A stretch of 64,000 nucleotides of DNA from Balanoglossus misakiensis (lineage: Eukaryota; Animalia; Hemichordata). Position numbers and translations under genes: made by a program. Positions 13,101 to 25,797 of this stretch are shown here, piece after piece; position 1 is the stretch's first letter; each line of letters begins with the position of its first letter. Location of the stretch: assembly GCA_040954595.2 (NCBI GenBank), contig CM082576.2:13519129-13583128 (forward strand), given 5' to 3'. Under the pieces are notes generated by a model. That model was given only the letters and a program-made list of their open reading frames with translations. It was not told where the DNA came from and did no database searches.

Positions 13101-16100
13101 AATTGGAGGTTAAACATTTCAGTCGCGATTTCGTCAAGTAAACGATAGTTACAAACATCGCAGGAGAAGAAGAAAAAATACGTTGACGACAATGATTATA
13201 CTGAAACGAGTTAAAAAGTTAAACTGGGCTTTGAAGACGGTGTCGAAAAATGGCTCTCTATATAGTCTGTGTGACTCATGAACTCCATCTTTGATGTCAG
13301 GGAGACTGTGCTGTGTGTTAATTCGCCCGCGTGGTGTAATCATGAAACACCAGCGTCCAAATATTTCAGATTGTTAACGCAGCAAATGTGAAAGAAAGGG
13401 CAAAATCAATTTAGACCACCTTGTCGTACGTACACGCTTATTAGGCTATGGACTTGCCGTGCACAATCGGAGTCTTTGTGACAACGTGCCCCTTTCTTTC
13501 GCAACTGAAAAATCAGACTACTTTGCAGACAAATCTATCTCTAAATATTTCTATATCTGAATGCAGCCAGAAAATCAATGAAGTAATAACACGTGAAAAT
13601 ACAAAAATAACACCTGCCCCAAACGTGATAACATTATGGGAGGTTATCGTGGATAATTAATGACTTAAAACGCAACTCTGAAAGTTGTTTCATAAGGTGT
13701 GTCAATCGAATGTGAAAGATTTAAAAGCTGGAGTAAAGAGTTATATCGACATGGCCTCTGTTAGTTTGTTAGCGAATTTGGTGGCGCGTTAATTCCTTGA
13801 TCCAAATCGATAAAACTGCCGAAAACTTGCACTAAAGAATAGAGGAGACGGCCAAACCATCGCGAATTTGGGGTAGACATTTACAAAGAAAATAATACAA
13901 TGAAAAAGTGAAAATTCAGCTTACGTTGGTTACGTGGCACCAAAATTGTGATCATTGCTCGGCTGACATGTCATATGAACATTTTACCTGATAGCATTTT
14001 TCCCCAGTACACTTCGTAGTTTGACTTTGTGAAGATCGACAATAACGGTGTGGTATTTCCAGGAATCCGACAGTGTTCCGACTCCGGGATACCGTGATAC
14101 CGGGCGCGGCAAGTCCCAGCTTTCTGTCCCCGGGCCCCAGCGGCCGAATCGTGTGGTAGAACACGATGTGCTTTTTAATCACGCCGTTAAAATCTACCGT
14201 CAAACTATCGTGTGCGAAGTAACGGTACTAAGCAAACGTATTTGGATTTGAAAAGAGCCACAAAAAGGGACTTCCCACTGATCTAAAGAAAACTAGAATA
14301 AAAGTGCGTTTTCAGCCTGTTTGTTCTGGGTACCAACCAGACAGCCTAGCGCCTGTAACTCGCGGAGAAGGGGTCATTTTTGACCAGACGGCCACGACAG
14401 AGAGAGAGAGAGTGACAAGGCCAGGCGATTTTAGGAGTCGAACATTGAACATCGCCATCTACATTTAAGGTTGGTAGGTCAGATTTCTTGAAGTGTCATT
14501 TATTGTCGTGTGCTGCGCGGCTATACACAGGGGCAAGCGTACGATGTGAACGGGTTTGGTCTTCGCGACTTTCCGCGATGTTTCTCGGTACTGAAACGCG
14601 GCCTTTCCCAGTGACATTCTCTCGTTTGTTCGCCAACACTGTCTTTCGTTATTGGCCGAACAATGGAGCAGCTTTTGAAAGAAAATACTCGTAATAGTAT
14701 TCTTTGAGTACGCCTAGCAAAGTGTGGTACGAAATTTGTAAGGGAGACTAATTCAATTTGCAAGGGAAACGCCGCAACTTTGCGATGGGGGTGGACGAGG
14801 CCACGGTGACGTATGCGTAGCCGTGACAATCAATGTACGGGAAGCGTGAGCCCACCCCTCAACTCTTCGTCCTTTTTCTCAGATGGGCAGGTCATGTCAT
14901 GTATAGCAGACTGTTAAGTATACACTGAATGAAAGATTGGCGTGAAGCATAAAGGGACTAATGCCTAAAAATAGGCCGGAATTACGGGTTTATATTGCCC
15001 GTCTCAACCTTGTCGCCAAGTAATTACGGCGCGAATACTCAGTCACTTTCAACCCACGTCTGAGTTGGTGTGTTCGCCCCGTCTGTCTGCCTCAATGTGA
15101 AATGGGCATAATCTGTAATAAAATATCCTGTCTTTTCTTCAGCCATTGTTGGCAAAGACACGCGATTTGGTTTCGCTTATGTATCAATGTTGGCACCCGT
15201 CAATGTTGGTTCGTCAGTCTCCCCTCTCAGGCCGGTCGTTCCGAGGGAAATCCAAGCCTGCCGACGCGGCTATACACCGTATCTCGTCTCCTGCCTATAG
15301 AAATCCAAATCTTCTGATAAAAAGATGCTACCCGGTTCGTCGGGCGGGCGCAGTGCCATAATGCAACTTGAAATGTCACCATTTCGTCTTTTTTTGGCGT
15401 GTCCGTGTGACCAATCACATCAGTATCTGTTCATTTCAGAAACAGATGGAAGTCATTGAAACGGACAGTCGTGAAATTGAAATATCGTCACGTGTCAGAA
15501 TTTCACAATTTGTCAGCCAGGCAATCTCGCATCTTTCGGAGATTGATTTTTTTTTCTGAGAGAGAGTGAGAGAGTAAAAAAAACACGCACTTGATAGATC
15601 TAGATACAATCTTTAGCAGAAAGTGTGTTCTGATTAGAAGAAGTGGGCGCGCACACGTGCGGTCGCGCTTTAGACGACCGGGGCAAGGCAACGGGCAACG
15701 GTATGCCTGTCTGAGCTGCCTGTCAGTGTTCAAAGTAAATAATGACGCGAAATGAAATCTCACGTGCCATAATGTCAGCCGGCATAATAGCAACATGTCG
15801 AGGAGTAAAATACAAATCAATTGGGCAAGTTAAACACTAATGAGTTGCCAAAGTAGATGGGAGGGGAGGGATTGGAAACGTTGAGAGCTCATAACATTTC
15901 CGAAGTAATAATAAAAGCCCACCCACCCCGGTATTGTGCTCGGGTTTGCTTCGTATCCATCTCTCTCTCTCTGTTACTTTTACAATATCGACGGAGTCAA
16001 ACGATGGAGTGAAAAAATAAGACTCCTGCTGAACGGCGCATGGCGCTAGTCGTATTAAAATCAGAGACGCGACTCTCGCGCCAAATTTGTGGTCCCCTCG

Positions 16101-19100
16101 TTGCGTGGAGACGGCGGTCAATCGGTGCAGACCAGACCTCTTTAAAATCCGAAAAATATCGCTCGGTTTCCGCGATGTTGTACACCCGCCATGCGGCGGT
16201 TCGTGGCTGTTTTTCGTAACCGAAAATGAAATATTACATTGAACGGTCTAATACACGACATCTGTCTAAAGTTAACAACGCCAATGGGTATACGGATGAA
16301 CTTCAGTATTATGGTGTCTTTTTCTGGCTTGTCTTGTCGGGTGTTGTTTGTTTGCTTGGGGGTATTAACATTCCATAATCGACGACAAAAAAAGGCTGGC
16401 ATTTTCAATCGCGTACCTTTTGTCACCGAGACGTCAATGGAGTGGATGTCACACCAGTTCTCGCGAGAAAGGCGTGCAAGGCTGGCACAATAGAATAACA
16501 CCGGCGATATGCATGACACGCCTGGCGATGAGATGTACAATATCGGATAAGTGCAGACTCGTATTCCTATATTGGCCAAGCAATACACTGGAAAAGGCCA
16601 AGAGTTGTTTTACTGTAACATTCGAGTAAATTTTGAAGATGGGAAAAATCATAAATTAGAAATATATTTTTTTTTATTTTCTCATGACATTGCATCAAGC
16701 AACACAAAAACGCGGTTAATAGAAAGGAGGCTCTCTTTGAAAGCGCGTAACCCGAGGGGTTGCCACAGTGATGGCGCGCGGAGCACACACTGATTAGTTC
16801 AATGTGACGCTCTTTGACAAAGTTATTTCTGACAAATATTAAGCGATTCGTCTTTAAGAGGTGGCGTTTTTGCGCGGAGAAGGTAAAATAGTAAGGTATT
16901 TTTGACTCGACAACACAAAAATCAATACAAAAGGTTGGCGATGACGAGGCAAGATTCTGTCGATAATTGCTTCTCTCTCTGGCGAATTCAACTTCATTAT
17001 TTCTCACCACAACGAATAAACGACTTTCTTCGCTACCTCAACAATGTGTCTGGGACTAAGATCGCCTCAGGTGTGCTGGCAAATGATACACGGCCTATCA
17101 TATCACTCTTATAGCTGCTGCTCTGATTGTTCATTCTTTCAAAGAAATAACGAGCGAGTCCCTGGCAACCAGCGCGCCAAATGCACTCCTCTGAACTGAT
17201 TTGCATACACGTCAATCATTCTTCTTCCGGGATCACTTTTCCCTCTTTCCCGCACTTTCTCCTCTCGTTTTTTTTTCAGTCGTTGACGGCGGCGGCAAAT
17301 GGGGTTGGTGCGCGACGCGCGGATGCAGTCGGCTATAGATGTAAAACACAGGGGATATACCGGAGAACCCTAAATGTAATTACGTAAAACCCTTGACGAG
17401 ATGTTAACGATAAAGTTCTCGACGCTTTGATTCGAACTTTCTCTCTCGAATTAACGCCCGATGTGTACGGGATCCTAAGTTTCGCAGAAAGGCTTTTTAT
17501 GGATCAGTTGTCAACGTCAGTTTGCTCACCCCCCCCCCCATTGCAATGTTTTGATTGACAGTCGTCTCGTACATTTCCGAGATATCACATACACGTTATG
17601 TTGTATGATTTCGATGACACGTGCATAGTTCTCCGCGAAGCACTCATTCCCAGAAACTATTTGCAAGGCAACGTCGATATCTTCTCAGTAGACAGGTTAT
17701 ACTAATATAAATCAGAGTAACTAGGCCTACATGTGTATATTCTTGTTTCGAATGTTGCCGGATAATTCTTGACGTTTCGCGTTGTTCGCTCGAATCTCTC
17801 GGTGTCGAACGAGACAAAGCTTCCATCCACAGTGTTAAATACCGTACTTGCGAATATAGAATGCTTAAGAATTGGTGAACCCGTAAAGTTGCATTGGGTG
17901 GCCGCAGCAGAAGAGACGGGTAGTCCTTGGTGCTGCAAGGTCGGTTTGCGACATGCCCTGCACCCCCTATACATCTTTTGTACAGATACCCTTGCTACAC
18001 GACTGTTCCTGACCTTCTCAATGCTTCCAACGGCACCCAGACAAAGGAACGCTATCCGATTCTCTGTCTTCGGTGTATTCCAGTGACAATCGCCCGGCAG
18101 ACGCATTAACCAGAGGGGCTTTCACATCCAAATGCATCACTACACTAAAACTTATTCCACATTATCCCAATGCAATCATAAAATAGTGATTGGTTTTTTT
18201 GGGGGGTGTTAATATATTTATGTATCATGAGTGATGTGGGCCAACTGGATAGCACGGTAAGTCACTGTAGATTTTAGGATAGTGTTAATAATTACTCCTA
18301 GTCTCTAGTAGGGCTATAGTGGATAAACACGCGATTAGCGAGACCAATACACTCAGTTGCCATTTTTCAGATAATTTTCGGATTTATTTTGTTTCATGCA
18401 TAAATCGCCTTATGATATTGTCACCGAGTCTACATATTAATTTTCCGGGATTTGGGCGATGAATTTATTTCCGAGCGAACAATAGCTGGGACGATCAAGC
18501 CTGCTTTTAACAATATTAAAGCACGGGGTCTCCTTGGTCATGAAGGCTTATTCGTATTAAATGTTTGCATTTCCCATTTTGTTGCCGGTTCCCCACCTCC
18601 ACCCCAATACATGTAAATTCGCGTTTGTTTAAGGTAGGGATCCTTTCCTGGCCTGGCAGATTCCATTTTTTTCGCTCGACTGTGAAGCTCATTCTCTACC
18701 AGATAGGATTGCGTTCGGTTTTACGGACTGATCTGCGTTATGCACGCAGAGTGGGGTCCAATTCTGTTCCGCAACCGTAGTCAGGACATTGTGGATTGTT
18801 ATTTAGATTACCCGATTGGTAAAAAAAAAAAAGAAATCAGTCATCTTCTTTTTGTTAGACTCCAGTCGAGTGGACATCATTTTCAATAAATCCGGCGCGA
18901 TAACGATTGAAGAAAAAAAAATACAATGCGATTGGTGTTCAGGGGCGCTGTGAAAGACTCGGAATGATATCAAGTCAGGATCATCGATTGAAAAAAATTC
19001 GCCTGATGTAATTTGCGATACCGCGGCGTTGTGGCGGGGTATCCCGTGACACGGATCCACTACGGGGAGGGGCGACGCGGGAGGGGGTATTCTTCAATAA

Positions 19101-22100
19101 CGAGGAATCTGACATGCAGCAAAAAAAGAGAGACGTGGAAAATGAAATGGCGTATCGGTGGTATCTCGGCGACATCAAATTAAAATCAAAACGTCGGGGT
19201 TGAAGTAATCAATTGAAGATATCCGTACAAAGCCTTTTTTTTGTCTGAGAGAACCGTTTGATTTCGTGCATCGAAGAGAGAGAGAAAAAAGTTTTAATCA
19301 AGTACGGAGTGGCTGAAGGTCAGTGGGCATGTAGTCGATGATTACTGGAGATGCGGCCTCATAGCGGTGCCTTCCACTCATTAATTTAGAACTCCACGGA
19401 AGAAACACGACTGCATGCTATCCCCATTCTTCGCCAGGAAATTGGCGTTTTGTGAAGGGAGAAACTACATGGCTGGCAGGTTTGCACCGAATTCCAGTCA
19501 CAAAGAATTACAGGCTCGAATCTCAGTTTTCCAACCCGAGGAAACTTCAAGTGAACTGCAACATCCTGAAATTATGGTAACCCCTGGCAACGGACAACCG
19601 GTTGCTAGGTATCAAATGTTGTTTTAATTTCAGAGATGGGGATCGGCTTACTTGACGGATATGATTGAAAAAATATCAATCGAAGGCGGGGGAAATATTT
19701 CGTGATGATGCGAGCTGTGATTTGTTAGAGAAATTCGGGGGAGACGTCCTATCGAGCAGCCGGGAAGATGCACCGAGTTACTGCTAGCGGCGGTTGGTGT
19801 GTGTCGCTGCAACTCGACTCGCAGGTTGTCGTATCTTTCCCAGAAAGTCACGTCTTCCATAACTTAGCACTCCACGGGGAACAATCCTTGAATCCGCATC
19901 CAGACCATGTTTTGGCATTAATTTTCAAAAAAAAAAATATGGGACGGCAATTTGCAGAATGTACCAAACAAGGGAAATCGAGATAACTAGGAAAATGGGT
20001 CGATTCTGTCTTTTTTTTTCTTCAGCTTACCAGACTTAGGAATTTCAGCATTTAAATTAGCATGTCGCAAAAAAGTGTCCTTCCCCAACTCTGTCTGGGT
20101 GTCGACGTCAGCCGTAGAGCCGACAGACTAATGCAATAAGACAGTGGCAAACACCGGTTCTCCTAGAACTCACAAGCAGCACTTTTTCAAGTAAGGGAAA
20201 TATTTGGCAACGAAATCGTTCCCTGAATTAAATTAGTTTTGCCTGTCACATCGAGTTAGCACACCGTGGCGTAACCGTCCTCCGCTCAATTCATAATACA
20301 TGGCAGAACTCAACGCAAACTGTCACGGGCAACCCCACATGGGAGTGGAGCGCCCGGCTTAATGCCACGTCAATTCCGCGGCGTCTCATTGAAGAGACAT
20401 ATCCTCACACAGGTAATGTTAAACGCGCGGGCCCGGACAAGATATTCGCTCTCCCATTAGAACGCCTTTCAAGCCGGACTTTATAGGGTTCGACGGGTTG
20501 GATGAGTTAACCACGGTGTCAATTAGGCTACAGGGGCACTTATTCGCTCCGCGTTTCCTTCCTGGTTCAGATTGCGTCACTGAGTCGAAAAACTACAGAT
20601 TCAGTCGGTCGTGAAGGCGGGGACATGTGTACACATGACCTGACCGTGTCATTTCGAAAAAAAAGTGAAAACAGAGAACCTCGCCGCAGAGTCGACCCAA
20701 GACCAGCCGTGGAATAATTTCTTTTTAATGTCTTCACTGAAGTGTGGGCATCGGGAGAGAGAGAAAAAAAAACGCAAAGTCCGTTCCGCACACCAGCTCT
20801 TGTACTTTAGATGATACATACTTTAAATGATTCATGTCAATGAATAAACTAACAGTTTAATTTCTGCCACGGGAGGCCGCTGTAATAGAGATGAATTTTC
20901 CGTAAAAAGTCACGAGCGGTGGACGAGAAAATGCTAAAGACGCGTGCCAATGTCATTCACTTCAAAATTACACCATCATTTAACGTCATTTTCTGATCCC
21001 AAGAAAGATGGCAAATAATTGGAGAAATGGTAACCCCACGCTGAGGAGACGAGTTGCCTGCCGGGGACAGTAATACGTCCCGATACTTTGGCGACAAATA
21101 ATGTCTTTGATAGCATCGGGGAGTCCCTAATAGCTCCAAGTTGATGAGAAAACGACAATGCTCAATAAACCTGACTCAGACGACAAGACCGGCCGCCGAT
21201 TGGCCCAAACCTCGTGTCTGTGACGGATGACGGAGTAATTTACCGTGGCAGAGGAGAAAAAAAATGACATCTCTCTCTATCAGTAAGACGCTTGCCTTAT
21301 CGCCAATCTGAAGTGGAAAAGTGCTTCAAAGTGATTCAGGAAGCTATTAGCGCATCTGACTGAGCAGCGATCATCGCAGGCAAAAACCAAACTGGCAAGA
21401 CTGTCATTTCCCCCTATCTCGCCGTGGACGGGTTATCTTTTTGGAGTGGTGGATTTCCGAGAGTCCAGTGGAGAGCGGATATGCTCAGACGAACTCTCTT
21501 AATTTCAGCGGCGGTACAGTGGGGGGAAAAGGAGAACCAAATATTTAAAACGGAATAAGTGGCGAAGGGAGGAAATATTACCCAATAAGTCAAGCATCAT
21601 TAAAAGGAAATGAAAAGTTCAGAAGTCAAATTAATTTTCTATATAGACTGATTGCCTGTGGATTGCGACCTTTTATCTGTCTGTTCCAAACTCGTCTTTC
21701 ACTCACTGCTAAATCGTATTCACGAACTCGCGATTCAGAGACTTTCACGAGAAGGCGCTCGCTCGCTGCAACCAATAGACCTTTCCATTGAGTAGTTTAA
21801 CGATTTAGAAGGCATGAAACTTTGCCACTTCAAATTGTTATTGTTTTTTGTCTTTAGTTTTGCAAATCTCGATGGAACCTGAACAGCGGTAATTGGTGCG
21901 GTGGTTTTTACCATTGTCCATCAAGCGCTCCGAAGAATAACGTGTAATACCTATCATTTCTGCTAATCAATCAGACGAGTGGGTAAAAAGTCCTTGCGAG
22001 ACGAGGGAGAAAATGTGTGAAGTTTGAGAAACACAATGGTTGACGTCGCGTGTGTTGATTTCGTTTTCCCCCCAATTCATAGATGGTTGTCATGAGAGAG

Positions 22101-22198
22101 CGAAGCGCGTTTGAAGAGGGTGTCAGGGGGGGTTTCAGCGACACATCATGCGATCTCCGCTGCCTCCCTCACATAAGGACAGTTTTTTCTCTTGACAG

Positions 22199-22264
22199 AA
22201 CGACTTCAATGTATAATCCAAATTTCCTCACTTCTGTCCGGAAATATTAGGATGGGCTTAAAAG
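22199..22264 (+). other. Candidate 66-nt internal exon upstream of Six3/6
   Basis: Acceptor TTTTTTCTCTTGACAG| and full-consensus donor AAG|GTGAGT. Confidence 0.4.
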
Positions 22265-25200
22265 GTGAGTGTTGACGGGGAGGACGGATGTGATGAACAG
22301 AAAACCGCAGCGCCAACGCCGAAGAAAGCTCCACGCGACACCGTATTCCTCAAATAGGCTTCATCGCCAGCGCTTCCTGCGACTCCTTTATCCACGTTTA
22401 TATGGATTTATTTCCCTTTCTTTTCAATCTCTCCCATCTTTCAAACACGGATGAAATAGGAGCCGGTGAGATCTTCTCACATTTTGTGCATGTTTTCTTT
22501 ATTCGGGGAAAACCGCTTACAGCTCGATTTCGATCTGAATTCAGGGAATGCCTGTCCATCATTCGAGTGTAATGAAGCAGTCTTTAATACGTGAATATGC
22601 GCGTATTATGACGGGGGACTGAAAGCTGGTTGAGCTGAAAATGACAATAACTATATAGATATCTGTCACACTGCAGCGTTCCACACAAGCCTCGAGGCGA
22701 AATCGTGCGCGTCTTCAGTGCCAGATTGAAAGTGTAATTGTTGGGGGGCGAACAAGAGATGGCCACATTAGCCCGAAAAATCTCAGCTCACAGGCCACCC
22801 TTAATACCGGCAATTGTCACGTGACGTGTCCTCGATGATAAAAACCAGTTGTGACGTTTCATCTGAGATAACTGAAAAAAGCGTTGGGGGAAAAAACGCT
22901 TATGAAAGAGGAGACGCGTGAAGGAAATCGGCCTGTGCCGGCAGAAAAGAAAAAAAGAAAAGAAAACGCCTGGTTATTTATTGACCGCTAGGGATTTGAT
23001 TAGTTTGCCCGTTGAAGGCAAAAAAAAAATATCAGTGAAATTGTATGGAGAGGGGTACAAAGAGGAGAAGCCCCTATAGACGAAGGAACAGTCCAAGCAG
23101 CCATTCTTCGACGGCTTTTAGAGACGCGGATCGCGTGATGGCAAACTACTATCATCAACGAAATAGGAAAAACTAATGAAAAGCCGAGCTAGGCCATCCA
23201 CGCTAGGCGCTATAGAATGAAGAAAAAAAACAGGCAGCCTAGAGCCAATGTATTATCCAGCTTAGCCATTCTCCATGATCCATTTAATTAAGATGGCATT
23301 GATGATGAAATATTCACCATTTACAAATAGAAGTAATATGGGAGGCGGGGAACTGGAGTAGATGCCACGTAAATAGCTCGATAATATTGACAATTGCAAT
23401 TTGATATCCTAAAAAGGAGAGCTCGCCTCGGCAACACTCCTTCGTGCACCGCTGACAACGTGACAGTTAATGGATCGAGTAAGAAAAACCTCCTCCATTC
23501 GACGTCGTTCGTCTATACCTTTACCCCCAATTATTTGAAGTTGGCGTTCACTGGCTCGTTACTAGCAGTAATAACAGTGACGAATCGGCGTTTGTGTTTT
23601 TCTTGGCTGTCATGCTAAAATGTGACAGGCAAATGATTTTACACTGTGTATAATTTAAAATACAGTTAGCTGTCAGTTGAGTGTCACCTGTACAGGAGAT
23701 CACATGGACGCTATACCTTTTGCCACAAGACAGCTGTGTTGTTTAACATCGTCATCCAAGGTGATTCCTTCGGCTAATAGTGTATTTTTTTCTTCTTCTC
23801 AAAACTCGATGAGATGCAACCACTCTGGTAGGAACCTCCTTTCAGTAAAGCACTCTTTTCTGACTCGTTTATGAGTACTCTAAATTAAACTCCGCTCGCG
23901 GCTATTGTGTGGAAATGCGACGATTATAAGAATTGCGGCATAAAAGCAAGCAAATTGGAAAAACGCAAATTGCAAAGGCGGTGCGCATTCGTTTTCAGAT
24001 GAGCGGGCGAGGGGAAGAGGTTACGACATGCCTAAGATAGACGATGATGGACTTTTCGCAGTGTTTTCAAGGGAAATGACCGGCAGAGGTCCCCCACGCC
24101 AAGAAATGCTCGTGCGCTCGTAATGGCGTTGAATGGAGTCCAATTTGCCTGATACAATATAGCGACACCGTGCCAATTATCAGAGCGCGTGAAATGAAGA
24201 CATTTCCATGTCTGTTTCACAGGTGTATGTACAGCTGTAGCGTGTCTTGCCCGCTGCTGCCGCAACGTTTCAACTGAGCCGCGCACGACATGCCACAGAC
24301 GAACACGACCAGGCGAGAATTTACACAAAACCGCGCGCGCCAAAAAATAGTCGTCGACACGAAAAGAGTGAAGATTGGCGCGACATTTATTTTGGTTTTA
24401 TCTACACCAGTGAACCGTGCTCTGCCAGATTGAAGTGACCATACTTAATGGAATATGGGCAGTCATCCTGGCTCTAATATAATTACCCATATATTCAACC
24501 TCTATCCCCTTCATTTTCCTGGAGCAAAGGCCAATTTCTTGCTCGAATTAAACCTCAATACCTAATCACGATCATTAGATTGAGTCGCCATCGTCTTTTA
24601 AACTCTATTTTCATCATATGTTAATCTGGTGTCCGTTTCACTTACTTTCATTTCGCAAATTTCGTGTTTCTGTTTCGCGCCCACATGAGCGCAGACGACA
24701 GACCAGCAGACTATACGTGAAAACTTCACCCCCGTTTTATTCTTCGCGGTATTAAATACGAGCGAATTTTATTTGCCGCTATATATATTTTTATACTTGG
24801 TGACATTTATCTTGCGGGGTGCCTTACAGTGCACGTCACTCACTCGCGGCCCAGCGCCCTTTTTGTTCACATCAATGAGAAAGACTGCCTGAGGGGAAAT
24901 TGGTTGCCAGTTAGTAGTAGATTTGTCAACGAGTATTCGCCTTCTCGAGTGAGAAATGTTTAATCTTGTTAGGAAATATCGCATCAAGCATCAAAGTGAA
25001 ATGTATACCCGAGTCGAATATTTGGCTGTGGCTTAGAATGCCTAACGAGCCGTTTCTCCCACTCTGTGTACAATAAACATGACTTTTTTCCCGCCAGTGT
25101 GCTTATTCTATCACACTCGCCGTGTTTTCCCAGATTCCCGTCCTCTACCATTACCCCAGCAAGGTGTTTTGTATTTAAAGGCGACGTCCCTTCACCGATA

Positions 25201-25705
25201 ATCCCTGAAAGAAAAAGAAAACTTTAATAAAAATTATACATAGCTGTAATATATAGCAATATATATTATACATGTATAGCTATATGGCAAACGATATTCG
25301 ACGTGATCTTTCTGGTTGAAAAAACTGTACAAAATGGCCAGTGACATAACACTACGCGGTCAGTCTTCGGTCTCAAATCGGCCTCTTTTCAATTTAAGCG
25401 CGAAAACAAAACGCTCACTGTTCCTCTATTGTCTGTTTCATGGTTAATTGAATTCATTTGGCAACAACTGTTCTTCTGCAGACACAAAACCTGGGTCTCG
25501 ATTTACTTCGCGATTTCTTGGGCTAGGTTTTAACTTTTTGAAGTGTGTATGCCATAAGGCGATAGGTATTTTGTTAGACGTTCGACACTACTGTGCTTAT
25601 TGTTTCCTAAATTCAGAGACCATAGTCTAGAAACAAGCAGACCGTCGCTGATGTGCCAGAGTATATAAAAATCTAGAAACTGAGAGATGGATAGTTGTAT
25701 CTAAC

Positions 25706-25797
25706 GATGATGATGATGTTGGTGATGATGGTGGTGGTGGTGGTGGTGGTGGTGGTGATGATGGTGCTGGTGGTGGTGGTGGTGGTGATGATGATGG
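25706..25797. repeat. Compound (GAT)n/(GGT)n trinucleotide repeat
   Basis: Directly visible. It produces the spurious poly-P and poly-T ORFs on the minus strand. Confidence 0.95.
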
